Part shown: positions 26,963 through 38,956 of the stretch, in pieces
Layout: each line of letters begins with the position of its first letter
Position numbering within the stretch: position 1 is the stretch's first letter
NCBI RefSeq assembly: GCF_006345805.1
Contig: NC_043004.1
Location: 12,958,001 to 13,022,000, forward strand
Direction: 5' to 3'
DNA: 64,000 nt
From: Octopus sinensis
Lineage: Eukaryota
Translations under genes and position numbers: made by a program
Notes under the pieces: generated by a model
Databases searched by the model: none
Told to the model about the DNA's origin: nothing
What the model saw: only the letters and a program-made list of their open reading frames with translations

Positions 26963-27006
26963 GTTGAATTTTCTGCTGCTTAAAATAAAGTATATATATA
27001 TATATA

Positions 27007-27356
27007 GGCGCAGGAGTGACTGTGTGGTAAGTAGCTTGCTAATCAACCACATGGTTCCGGGTTCAGTCCCACTGCGTGGCATCTTGGGCAAGTGTCTTCT
27101 GCTATAGCCTCGGGCCGACCAATGCCTTGTGAGTGGATTTGGTAGACGGAAACTGAAAGAAGCCCGTCGTATATATGTATATATATGTGTGTGTATGTGT
27201 TTGTGTCTGTGTTTGTCCCCTAGCATTGCTTGACAACCGATGTTGGTGTGTTTACGTCCCCGTTACTTAGCGGTTCGGCAAAAGAGACCGATAGAATAAG
27301 TACTGGCGGTGCTCCAGCATGGCCGCAGTCAAATGACTGAAACAAGTAAAAGAGTA
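27007..27356 (+). mobile_element. Young SINE family A with internal deletion, in (TA)n at the PLE end
   Basis: GGCGCAGGAGTGACTGTGTGGTAAG..; ~50 bp of the 3' part absent. Confidence 0.92.
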
Positions 27357-27359
27357 ATA

Positions 27360-28590
27360 TAACCCCCTAATTGGGGCCTTAACTCCCAAATTTATTTTTT
27401 TCTTTTATGATCAAAAACCAGGTCAAAGGTACTGAATGGATCTTTATGAAATTTAGAAATTATATTCTCTGCATATGGGCCATAACCCCCATGACAATTC
27501 ATATATTTTTGCTGTTGATGAAAATTTAACCATAGATATTAGACACAAATGAAGTAATATTTATAAAATTTCATCTTCTTACAAGTTAGAAAGACCCCTC
27601 CATGGGGACTTAACACCCACAATTTTCTCATTTTATCTAAGCAAAGACGAATACAGTTGTACTCTTCGAAGCTGTATGGTTACCCGAGCATAAAAGATGA
27701 GCATTATTTGTAATTCAATGGTACAGCAGTGTAAGAGTTTGCTTTGACATACACTTAGACTGGGACTTTTTCAATGTGGTACTTAAATTGTCAAGTGTAA
27801 TGAGAGGCATCTTTGCCTCCACCGATTCAGTGTTGAGTAAAGTTATTTGATTGCAGACCTCCTTTCAGTCTTTTTATTATCACTCGGTCACACATAGTCT
27901 CCATATGGTAACATAGATTTCAAAGCCTTCCCAGATGAGTGACTGGTTATTCAGAGACATTTATAAATTGTAAATTTATTCTGTCCAGTTACGTATCAGT
28001 ATAGTGATCATTTGCAAACACCAGAGGTGACACTTTCATTTCTCTTTAGCCCTCAAGTCACACAGTTGTTAATGTTTATTTCAGTTGGGTCACGCTCTTC
28101 CAATTGCTATAGATTCGTAATGCATCTTACGGCTGTGCCTGTCACCTGGATGGTGAGGAATCCTACATTGGGAGGGGTAACGATTAGGATAGGGTAACTG
28201 AGTGCTTATTGTGATCATTCGTCTTTTGGTTTCCTGTAGCTTTGCTCTCTTTTACAAACCCAGTGAACATATATTTCCTATTTCAAAGAAATTCAAACAA
28301 TAGATATATGACCCAAGTTAAAAAGATTCCCAACAATTCAACTTCTCTGGTTGACATTAAGATGCCCACCCCCAACAAGGGCCTTGACTCTAACATTTTA
28401 GAGCTCCATGACCATTTTTCAGGAGCAAAATCTTTTTAACAGGTTCAATAAGACTGGAATTTTGGAACCTGCGCATAAAAATCAGTAGTATGGGATACAT
28501 GTGGCAAGATTACAATTTTTTTTGGGGGGGGGAGGGGGTTAAGAGGAAAATAACCCTCATCTGCAATTTAGATGAAATTCGAAACATATA
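27360..28590 (-). mobile_element. ~1.2-kb dispersed repeat, probably HINE/Helentron-like
   Basis: Inverted homolog of 54010-55140; carries aaatttcataaagatcc box typical of HINE-like 3' regions. Confidence 0.55.
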
Positions 28591-28622
28591 TATTCCATTT
28601 CAATACAGAAAATATATATATA

Positions 28623-29047
28623 GGCGCAGGAGTGGCTGTGTGGTAAGTAGCTTGCTAACCAACCACATGGTTCCGGGTTCAGTCCCACTGCGTGGAATCT
28701 TGGGCGAGTGTCTTCTGCTATAGCCCCGGGCCGACCAATGCCTTGTGAGTGGATTTGGTAGACGGAAACTGAAAGAATCCTGTCGTATATATGTATATAT
28801 ATATATATATAGATATATGTATGTGTGTGTGTTTGTGTGTCTGTGTTTGTCCCCCTAGCATTGCATGACAACCGATGCTGGTGTGTTTACGTCCCCGTCA
28901 CTTAGCGGTTCGGCAAAAGAGACCGATAGAATAAGTACTGGGCTTACAACGAATAAGTCCCAGGGTCGATTTACTCGACTAAAGGCGGTGCTCCAGCATG
29001 GCCGCAGTCAAATGACTGAAACAAGTAAAAGAATAAAAGAGTAAAGA

Positions 29048-29050
<3 letters not shown>
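28623..29050 (+). mobile_element. Young full-length SINE family A in (TA)n
   Basis: Complete head, internal (TA)(TG) tract, AAAAGAGT tail. Confidence 0.95.
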
Positions 29051-29090
<40 letters not shown>

Positions 29091-29099
<9 letters not shown>

Positions 29100-29816
29100 G
29101 GGCTAAAGAGGGTTATTCTAAAGCCAATACACTGATTTATCCACTTATAATCCGCTTGCTACAGGAGAATTGAAACTGAAAACGGGCAACTAACCTTTAG
29201 AAAATTTAAATTCCGTTATCTCTATATTGAATCAATTTCGGAATTAATCTTATAAAAAAGATATATTCTTTCTTCTGTAGAGCTTTTTTCTGTAGAGAAA
29301 GGGACTTCATCCTATATTGCTAGTAGTAAACTCGCTGCTTGCTACGGGAGGACCGGTAACCATTACAATTTGTAGCGGCGAAAGATCAAGACGTTGTTTC
29401 TGAAGCTGACCAAAGAATTTTTATTTTTAGATATAAATGATGTACTCAAGTGTAGTTATGTTTTTAGCTTGTGCTTTTTCCATGATCATACGTGAGTATT
29501 TTATTTATATCCCATCGAAAGCTCTACTGAAGAAAGAATATATCTTTTTTATAAGATTAATTCCGAAATTGATTCAATATAGAGATAACGGAATTTAAAT
29601 TTTCTAGAGGTTAGCTGCCCGTTTTCAGTTTCAATTCTCCTGTAGCAAGCGGATTATAAGTGGATAAATCAGTGTATTGGCTTTAGAATAACCCTCTTTA
29701 GCCCTTAATTATATGATGTTTATACTTCAACCGTAACGGTTTTTTTAAATATACTGCCCACGCTTCCTGATGGATTCCTTTTCTGTAGAGAAAGGGACTT
29801 CATCCTATATTGCTAG

Positions 29817-29818
<2 letters not shown>
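29091..29818. repeat. Inverted repeat (~196-bp arms) plus 40-bp direct repeat, between (TA)n tracts
   Basis: 29091-29286 is the reverse complement of 29518-29713; 29286-29325 equals 29779-29818. Confidence 0.9.
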
Positions 29819-29883
<65 letters not shown>

Positions 29884-30101
29884 CATATATATATACATAT
29901 ATATATACATATATATATACATATATATATATAGATCATGTGTCGATAAACCAGCTGGAAAAGACGTTTTCCCAGGGTTAAGGAGTAGTAACATAGCCCT
30001 AATTCAGAACTGCCACGTTATGTTGGCAGTACTGTTCGGTACTGATACTACATATATCTCAATCAGAGGATTAAACTAGTTGTTTTTCTCATATATATAT
30101 A

Positions 30102-31143
30102 TACTAGCATTAAAGATCCGTCGTTGCCGGGTCATAGTGCTAGTGCATGTATATATGTGTATATATATGTGTACATATTACATGTACATCTACATATATA
30201 CATCTACACATAAAATACAAAATACAAAGTTATATGTTGATATCGCTAGTGATAACAATACTCAAAATATATAACAGACTGGAATTGTTAGCCCGTCTCT
30301 TGTAATTTCGATCAATTGTATCTTGTCCTCCCTCTTGTATAGAAGTATGGCTACAATCCAGCCTACCTCTACTTGGGGGGGGGGGGGGCATTTAAAATTT
30401 TTTTCCGGGACGTCCTACGTCCCAGATATAAAGGTAAAAATAAAAATTTTCCACTTTGCAAGTTCGAGTCGAGCACTCCCTTGCACGCTCCGTTGACTCG
30501 AACCTTGCTTCTATTGTGGCGAATTTACTGCCTCTGATTAGATATCTTTCATAGTCGCACCAAGGCACTTTTCGAAGGTGCTTTTCTCCATCTGTTCAAA
30601 TCTTCTTTTTTCTCTACATTGTATACTTTATAGACAATAGTCTTTTCTTTAATTTAATTTTTTATTATCCATCTGGACTATTCCATTTCTGCACGCTAAT
30701 TTTATTTTTAATTTATTCCCATTCATATGAAACCACTTATTCAAGTTCAAGTCATTGATGCAATTTTATACCAATTTCTATTTTTACTTTTGTTATGTTA
30801 TGATTATATTATACTTTAGTTTGATTTTAATTATTACTTACTACATATAATTCAATTGTTATTATTATTTTTATTGTTAAAGTGAAAGTATCTGACATAA
30901 AATAGAGAAACGTTTTTGTTTCACTTTTAACACGTAATACTGAAATAGTGGAGAAGATATGATATTGCTATGGGCTCGCTCTAGGCAAGAAGTTGAACAT
31001 TTCTTTTCCCCATGAAACTACATGGACCCTAAGTAAGGCATGTGTAAAATTTGAATGAAATTGGTCGTGTAGTTCTCAAGTTTTAGGGAAACACACAGAC
31101 AGACAGACACACACACACATTCTCAGTTTTATATATATAAAGA
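30102..31143 (+). mobile_element. Non-autonomous Helentron/HINE-like element
   Basis: 5' ACTAGC + hairpin (A/T)CCG-TCGTTGC-CGGGT, 3' (GACA)n then cagttttatatata; second copy at 56363-57392. Confidence 0.6.
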
Positions 31144-31149
31144 TATATA

Positions 31150-31461
31150 TGATGTTGAACGAAACACCCATGTTTCCAGAGGTGTATTATTCATGCCCAC
31201 CAAAATCCCTCTCAACACATGGCTATGATGCTTCCCCCACTACTTCTGCTCGTGATCAGAGATGCACATATCATCAGCCACTATGGGACATGCTCAACTG
31301 ATTAAGGTCAAACAACTGACAAGCAAATCTGTGGTATTGAGCAAAATATTTGCTGTAGCCCATCTTTTATGCCAAGACAAAAAAATGTACATGATAACAC
31401 TTCCAATCAGTTAAGATCAGAAGCCCAGAGAGCCACTGCCTGGTACTGCATCAGGCCATTT
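31150..31461 (-). mobile_element. Partial copy of (TAA)n-embedded ~560-bp element
   Basis: Reverse complement of 36163-36470. Confidence 0.8.
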
Positions 31462-31476
31462 ATTATTATTATTATT

Positions 31477-32903
31477 CTATGTTTGACTTTTGCTTTATAT
31501 TTGTACAAGTTGGCTCCAAGTCTCACCCAGAGACCTTCGAGAGACAACAGGGTTGGAAGTTCATGTTGTTGTTATGCCTAGTGTGCCATATATTTGGGGG
31601 GTGGGGATGTTGTACTAATGAATGTCTAAAAAAAAAAGGTTTTTTTTTTTTAAACCGAAAATTATGTTTGTTTTAAACCTTGAGATTACATAGAGAGTAT
31701 TTTGCGTAGGATATGAGCAGTTCCCATGAGCACTATCTTTTGAACTTCTGCCATTTTGGGGTTTCCTGTTATCTGAGTTAGGTAGCTATCAGCCCCTTTT
31801 GCTATTTTTCCCAGGACACCTATGACAACAGGTATTGTTTTAGTCTTCAGCTTCCACATTTTGCTGATTTCTATTTCAAGATCTTTATATTTGCTCAGTT
31901 TTTGGTAGGTCTTGACAGATACGTTTATATCGATTGGGACAGTCATATCAATGAGGAGGCATGTTCTTTGTTTGAAGTCTTTCAATATGATGTCTGGCCT
32001 ATTTGCATCTATCTTCCTGTCAGTTTGAATGGTGAAGTTCCAGAGGAGTGAGATGTGGTCATTTTCAAGCACTGGGGGTGATTTGTGTTCCCACCAGTTT
32101 TTTTCATGGGGCAAATCCAGGTTTTTACAGATTACCCAGTGAATATATTGTGCAGCTCTATCGTGCCTGTTGAGATACTCTGTAGGCGCTAGAAGACTGC
32201 ACTTGGAGACCACATGGTCAATGGTTTCATTTTGTTGCTTGCATACACGACACGTGGGACTGCTTCTGATCTTTAATATGTTGGCCTGGTAGTTTCTTGT
32301 TGGTAGGCATTGATCTTGAGCTGCTATGATAAACCCCTCTGTTTCAGATTTTAAGCCAGAGGCCATTAGCCATTGATGGGTCAGGGCTTTGTCGATATAT
32401 GCATTATTCGCTCTCTTTGGGTATTTGCCATAGAGAGGTTTTTCTTGCCATTTATTATTCAGAATATCTTAGGCCGCAGTTTTGGCACGGGTTTTCATGC
32501 GCCTAGCTTTTTCTTTGCTTGTTTCTTGTATATCTATCTCTAATTCCGAAATTGGTTGTATTCGGAATTCACTTAGATATTCCTTTGCCTGTTTTGTGAC
32601 TGAGTATGATGCTTTCTTGTTTTCATGTTTTGAGACAAGTTTTAACATCCAGTCCTCAGAGTTTTTCAGGTAGGTGTCTAGGCCAATTGTAGCAATCTTC
32701 ATTGTTATTGCCAGTTGCAAAAGACCACGGCCTCCCTCTTTTCTTGGCAGATAGAGTCGTTCTGTATCTGCCTTAGGGTGGTGCATTCTATGCATTGTCA
32801 ACAGTTTCCTTATTTTTCTGTCGAGCTGACATATTTCAGTAATTGACCAGTTAACAATATTGAAACTGTAAGTCACGACTGGTATAGCTAATGCATTGAT
32901 CGC
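31477..32903 (-). mobile_element. 5'-truncated R4/Dong-like RLE LINE inserted in (TAA)n
   Basis: AINALAIPVVTYSF, CRVC..ETIDHVVSKC (CCHC), RHD, RPDI..LIDMTVP..K..KY (PD-(D/E)xK); track ORFs 32469-32876 and 31686-32366 share one frame split by one stop; (AAT)n on both sides. Confidence 0.9.
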
Positions 32904-32944
<41 letters not shown>

Positions 32945-32986
32945 GATGTTGTTGTTGTTGTTGTTGTTGTTTTTGTTTTTTTGTGT

Positions 32987-33018
<32 letters not shown>

Positions 33019-33029
33019 ACCTATCGAGG

Positions 33030-33220
33030 GCGGCGAGCTGGCAGAATCGTTAGTGCGCTGGAGGAAAATGGTTAACAGTATTTCGCCCGTCTTTACGTTC
33101 TGAGATAAAATTCCGCCGCGATTGACTTTGCTTTTCATCCTTTCGGGGATCAATAAATTAAATACCAATTACGCACTGGAATCGATGTAATCGAATTGCC
33201 CCCCCCCCATTTCAGCCCTT
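33030..33220 (+). mobile_element. SINE family B
   Basis: ggcggcgagctggcagaatcgttag..ttgactttgcttttcatcctttcggg. Confidence 0.85.
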
Positions 33221-33227
33221 TTGCCTG

Positions 33228-33533
33228 TAGTTGTTGTTTGTTCCTTCCCGAGCATCGCCTGGCTCATAGGGCTGGTTTCTTGGTTTCCTTGGCGTATAGG
33301 TTCCCCACCTGTACGGGACGCTGGTCTGTTTCAGGTGGGCTGCAAGATGCATGAGAAAAGACTGAGAGAAAGTTGTGGCGAAAGAGTCAGCAGAAGTTCG
33401 CCATTACCTTCTGCCAGAGCCGGGTGGAGCTTAGGTGTTTCGCTCATAAACGCACACCTTGCCCGGTCTGAGATTCGAACCCGCGAGCCCTTGACCGCGT
33501 GTCCGCTGCTCTAATCACTAGACCATGTGCTTC
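33228..33533 (-). mobile_element. SINE family C
   Basis: tRNA-like head ..GGTTCGAATCTCAGACCGGGC; (AAC)n-like tail. Confidence 0.8.
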
Positions 33534-34962
33534 TACTGTGCCTATTATAGAGTTTTTCATGGTGAACATCGCAACAATTGGGAAAGACAATTTTTTGTTG
33601 CCCATTCTGTTAAAAACAAACGATTCACAACTACTTCAAAGAGACTATTATTTTAAGAACCCTTCAGAGGTCAACTCCTACTTTGATCCCTCTGGGGTTG
33701 ATAAAATGAAATACCCGTCAAATTCTTGTTTTGACTGTATCCATTTATCTCCTTCCCCAACAACTGGTGGCTTTGTTCTTAAATCAGAAACTATTATTTT
33801 CGAAATGATATTTCTAACGTTGATTATCCTCTGCTCAGTTCAGGTTGAGTAGTAGAAAGATCTTCCACCCGCTTCTTTCATGTATAATGCACCCATGTCT
33901 ATATTATCTAAAGTGTCTATTTTGCAAGATGGTAGTGTTTTGTTGCAGAGATATTGGCAATCATTTTCTGCAAAGAGAACCTCTAATTGGAAGTTTCTAA
34001 GATGGCTGTGCTTGATGGGTTCTGTGATAGAGCAAAAGGACCCTTTTCTACCTCAGAATACACTCCTGTTTCGATCGTCAACTAATACAGAATATTCTCT
34101 TCAAATAGCCTGCGTTTTCCTATTGCGAAAGACATCTCATTCGCACTATAATTTCCTGTTCTAACACACAAGCTATAATGCTTATTCAACACAAATCAAT
34201 AGGTTGTATTTAAAAGAAAAATAAGAATGACGATTATTTTCCGAATACTGGTGTTGCTTTCAACATCATTTTGATAGAGGAAACGATTTTGGTTCAGCAA
34301 ACAAAAAGCGAATAAAGCATTCCATCAGAGGTCCATGTAACCAAAAATCAATATGATTCTATGACCCAACATACGTGCAGCATGCAAAATATGCTGCTTG
34401 CGTATCAATATGATTAAAACTTTCTGTTCTCTGTTTTCCTTTGATTTCCTTCACTGAGAGCACTCGCCTGTCAAAAGTCTCACGCAAAGTAACGTTTCTG
34501 ATCATTACGGTTAAGGAATCTGTCTTTATAACTTCTCCCTCTTTCCCCAATGTCCAATAAGAATAACAGGCTTGCATTTTTTCTTCCTTTTTTTTTTGTT
34601 AAAGAATAGGAATTGTGCTGAGTTTATGCGATTTCTGCAACAGCGACGATAACGGCAACGAAATACGATCAGCTGTACCAAAACCACCACCACCACCAAC
34701 ACCAACAACAACGACAACAATATAACCATTATGCCAACGACATGTATATGTATGGAATCCATCCATTTAGAAAGATTATCACAATTGATGTAAAGCAAGC
34801 TAATGTTTCCGTTTAACAGAAATCAAAGCATGCGAATATAATGAGTATATTACAAAATTATGTAAATGTGAGCAACTGATGTGACTCGAATGTACCTCTC
34901 ATTACATACAAAGCCTTAATGCAATTAAGATTACGCTACGGGTCTTCAAGCTAATAATAATA

Positions 34963-35017
<55 letters not shown>

Positions 35018-35018
<1 letters not shown>

Positions 35019-35349
35019 TACCTGTTGTCATAGGTGCCCTGCGAATGATAGCGAAAGGGGCTGATTGCTACCTAACTCAGATACCAGGAAACCCAAAAAT
35101 GGTAGAAATTCAAAAGATAGTGCTCATGGGAACTGCTCATATCCTACGCAAAATACTTTCTATGTAATCTCAGGGTTTAAAACAAACATAATTTTCGGGG
35201 TTTTTTGTGTGGGAGGGGGACATTCACCAGTACAACACTAAAAAACCCCAAATATATGGCACACTATATGAACTTCCAACATGTTGTCTCTTGAGGTCTC
35301 TGGGTGAGACTTGGAGCCAACTTGTACAAATATAAAGCAAAAGTCAAAC

Positions 35350-35352
<3 letters not shown>
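35018..35352 (+). mobile_element. R4/Dong-like 3' fragment (same subfamily as 31477-32903)
   Basis: IPVVIGALRMIAKGADCYLTQIPGNPKMVEIQKIVLMGTAHILRKILSM* plus the same 3' UTR; (AAT)n on both sides. Confidence 0.9.
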
Positions 35353-35405
<53 letters not shown>

Positions 35406-35530
35406 TATAATCTTTTCTTTATTGGCCACAAGGGTCGAAAAGAAAAACATAAAGGGACAATTCAAAACAAGTGGCATCTGTGGTTTAAAACAGAAAGTGT
35501 GTAAACAATAAAAAGACAAAAACAGTTAGC

Positions 35531-36006
35531 AAACTAGAAAAGCACTCCGAGAGCACAGACATCTGCCAACCAGAGTCGATCCCAATAGTCAAGGTTTGAC
35601 ATGTCATCCTTCGTAGACCTACGCCAAGCAGCTCATTTTAAGATAGATACGCGAGTAAAATTACTAATCGAGAAACGAAAATAAACTTTGGAAACAGCAA
35701 TGCCACCATAGGTTACATGGAAACGATGAACGTGTTTTCAAGGGAGTTAATCAAAGAACGTAACATTGTAATACTTCATGTAAAGTAAATATAATAAATG
35801 AAAAATCCTTCAAGAATTCATGAAAATTTCAGGATCACTACCAAAATTTCATCATCTGTTCCTCGTGTCATTACCAACTATTTCTGCAAATTTCACTAAA
35901 TACTATATATGACTTTTTGAGTTATTTTGCGCACAGACGGACAGACAGAGGGACAGACGGACAAACCAACGCCGATGAAAACGTAACCTCCTCCCTAGGC
36001 GGAGGT
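35531..36006 (+). mobile_element. HINE-like non-autonomous element (second family)
   Basis: AACTAGAAAAGCACTC start; (GACA)n; terminal hairpin ACCTCC..GGCGGAGGT. Confidence 0.55.
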
Positions 36007-36162
36007 AAAAATGTAGCAACAGAATAAGTTGCCCTATATGGGCAGGGGGAGGTCCACCCAGGGCCAAACAGGGCACCCTACATATCCTGGTCTGCCCGAC
36101 TGCCAAGGGTTCTCCAGGTAAGCATCATCTTCCCTCAACTATTTAATAATAATAATAATAAT

Positions 36163-36720
36163 AAATGCCCTGATGCAGTACCAAGCAGTGGCTCTCAGGG
36201 CTTCTGATCTTAACTGATTGGAAGTGTTATCATGTACATTGTTTTGTCTTGGTATAAAAGATGGGCTACAGCAAATATTCTGCTCAATACCACAGATTTG
36301 CTTGTCAGTTGTTTGACCATAACCAGTTGAGCATGTCCCTTAGTGGCTAACGATATGTGCATCTCTGATCACAAGCAGAAGTAGTTGGGGAGCATCATAG
36401 CCATGTGTTGAGAGGGATTCTTTGGGGTTTGAATAATTCATTGCTGAAAACATAGGTGTTTCGTTCAACATCCTTAAACAACCCTTATTCAGGGACTTTT
36501 TGAGCGAGATGGGTGACTCGACCAGAAGAAAATTCTAACTGGGCCCCACCTGCAAGGTCATGTGCTGTTTATCCTGATATGAGATCACCATGTCGCCCAT
36601 AAGTGGCTGTGATGCATGTGCCTAGTGTACCCTTATCAGACGGATAGTCATGATTGGTATACTGGGCTTCGTATATTTTACCCCAGTGTCACTTTGATGG
36701 CATCCACTGCTCTCTCCCTC
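36163..36720 (+). mobile_element. ~560-bp non-coding element flanked by (AAT)n on both sides
   Basis: (aat)n-AAATGCCCTGATGCAGTACC...CACTGCTCTCTCCCTC-(aat)n; second partial copy at 31150-31461. Confidence 0.75.
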
Positions 36721-36751
36721 AATAATAATAATGATAATAATAATTATAATG

Positions 36752-36798
<47 letters not shown>

Positions 36799-36831
36799 AA
36801 TAATAAAAATAATAATAATAACACTTCCTTC

Positions 36832-37020
36832 TGTAGGCACAAGGCCTGAAATTTGAGAGAGAGGATTAGCCGATTACATCGACCCACCAGTGCTCAACTA
36901 GTACTTAATTTATCGTCCCCGAAAGGAAGAGATGCAAAGTCGACCTAGACGGAATTTGAACTCGAAACGTAAAGATGGACGAAATATCGCTAAGCATTTT
37001 TCCCGGGCGCAGTAAGGAAT
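36832..37020 (-). mobile_element. SINE family B with (ATT)n tail
   Basis: gcacaaggcc..aaagtcgacctagacggaatttgaac. Confidence 0.8.
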
Positions 37021-37058
37021 GTCAGCTCACAACCTAAATAATAATGATAATAATAATA

Positions 37059-37133
<75 letters not shown>

Positions 37134-37138
37134 TGATG

Positions 37139-37446
37139 ATCGTAGGAGCACTAGGAATGATCAAGAAGGGAACCGCAAATTATATGAGAATAATCCCTGG
37201 CTTACCATCCCTGCAAGAAGTGCAAAAGATTGTCTTAACTGGTACATCACACGTATTGAGAAGAGCATTGTCGCTGTGAGAGCTGTTACTGCCCATGTAT
37301 TTTAATTTAACCTTAAGAAAAAAAAATGAACGAACTATTGAGTTTGGTTTAATGGCCTACCAATGTATACTATGAGTTTCTTTGCCCTAGGAGTCGGGAA
37401 GACGCTCGGCAAGAAATGGAAGCAAATTTGAAAGAAGAAGAAGAAA
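37139..37446 (+). mobile_element. R4/Dong-like 3' fragment, second subfamily
   Basis: IVGALGMIKKG..IPGLPSLQEVQKIVLTGTSHVLRRALSL*; different 3' UTR; (AAT)n flanks. Confidence 0.8.
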
Positions 37447-37526
37447 ATAATAATAATAATAATAATAATGACAATAATAATAATTACAACAACAACAACA
37501 ACAACAGCAGCAGCAACAACAACAAC

Positions 37527-37564
<38 letters not shown>

Positions 37565-38119
37565 CAACAACAACAAAAATACCCATATTCGCATGCACCA
37601 AATATTCTGTCGCCGTTTTATTTCTTGCATATGAGGACTTTTGGCATCGACTGTATTTTTAGATTACGTTTTGACTTGTGAAATCCCTTGGTTAGTAATT
37701 AACACTTTCAATGGCGAAATTTCGAACGATTTCCTCTGGTATTTTAAGGCATCTTTTCGTATTTTACTAACTCTCTCACAACACGGTAATGATATTTATA
37801 GCGATTAAACAACGACTGAATGGGGAATTAATTTTTACGTTTAAAGTGAGAAAAAAAAATCAGGCTGGTATAAAGACTTTGCATAAAGAGGATAACATTT
37901 ATGGGTCCCCAGTCGCACCATTGTAATTACTAAATGTCAGTTTGTCAGTTTATATAGTAAAATAGGAGCTATCTTGATGTAATAAGCCTGGAAATTTTAA
38001 TTAAGATGACATCCATTTCATTGGGTTTTCTAGTTGCTGAATCTTGTAGTATAGCATTAAAAAAAATCCAAAGGTTATACTTTTGATACACCTACCTAAC
38101 TATACCTAGAGTATACCTA

Positions 38120-38215
38120 GGCGTAGGAGCGGCTGTGTGGTAAGTACCTTGCTTACCAATCACATGGTTCCGGGTTCAGTCCCACTGCATGGCACCTAAG
38201 GCAAGTGTCTTCTAC

Positions 38216-38270
<55 letters not shown>

Positions 38271-38523
38271 ATATGTATATATATATATATATACATACAC
38301 ACACCTGTATATGTATGTATGTACGTACGTATGTATGTATGTATGAATGAATATGTGTCTATGTTTGTCTGTGTTTGCCTCCCCTTCACCGCTTGACAAC
38401 CAGTGTTGGTGTGTTTACGTCCCTGTAATTTAGCGGTTTTTGCAAAAGAGACAAATACCACGCTTAAAAAAAAACCTTCAAGGCGGTGTTCCAGTATGGC
38501 AGCAGTCAAATAACAGAAACAAG

Positions 38524-38524
<1 letters not shown>
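38120..38524 (+). mobile_element. SINE family A
   Basis: GGCGTAGGAGCGGCTGTGTGG.. Confidence 0.9.
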
Positions 38525-38565
<41 letters not shown>

Positions 38566-38600
38566 GATGAGAAAGATGGTTTGTGAAAGCACGTGGTTGA

Positions 38601-38956
38601 ATATATAGAAAATAGTAAAAAGTGAAAAAACTACAGAAGGCTTGTTTTAAAAGGTTAAAAAATATATATTTCAGTCAATATGTCTGAAGAATGTTATCAA
38701 TTTTTTTCTTACAATGACATAGTTTAGAAGAAATGACCTCCCCTTATATGGAACTCTTCTCAACATAAACATAACGATAATTCCTCTCAACATAAACATA
38801 ACGATGTAAGAAATTTGAAAAGCTGAACGCGAAAAACTATGTCATTGTAAGAAAAAAATTGATACATTCTTCAGACATATTGACTCAAATATATATTTTT
38901 TAACCTTTTAAAACAAGCCTTCTGTAGTTTTTTCACTTTTACTATTTTCTATATAT
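38601..38956. repeat. Inverted repeat, ~125-bp arms
   Basis: 38601-38725 is the reverse complement of 38834-38956 (~2 differences); spacer has a 21-bp tandem duplication. Confidence 0.9.

Larger units (their letters stand above)
22404..26990 (+). mobile_element. Penelope-like element (C-terminal GIY-YIG), near full length, with pseudo-LTRs and inverted 5' arm
   Basis: Direct repeats 22902-23733 and 26240-26990; inverted copy 22404-22897; flanked by (TA)n; internal RT + EN ORF. Confidence 0.92.

Noticed and set aside
36166-36205. GCCCTGA/TCAGGGC 7-bp stem as HDV-like P1
   Set aside because: P3/L3/P1.1 cannot be formed and the stem is not kept in the 31150-31461 copy
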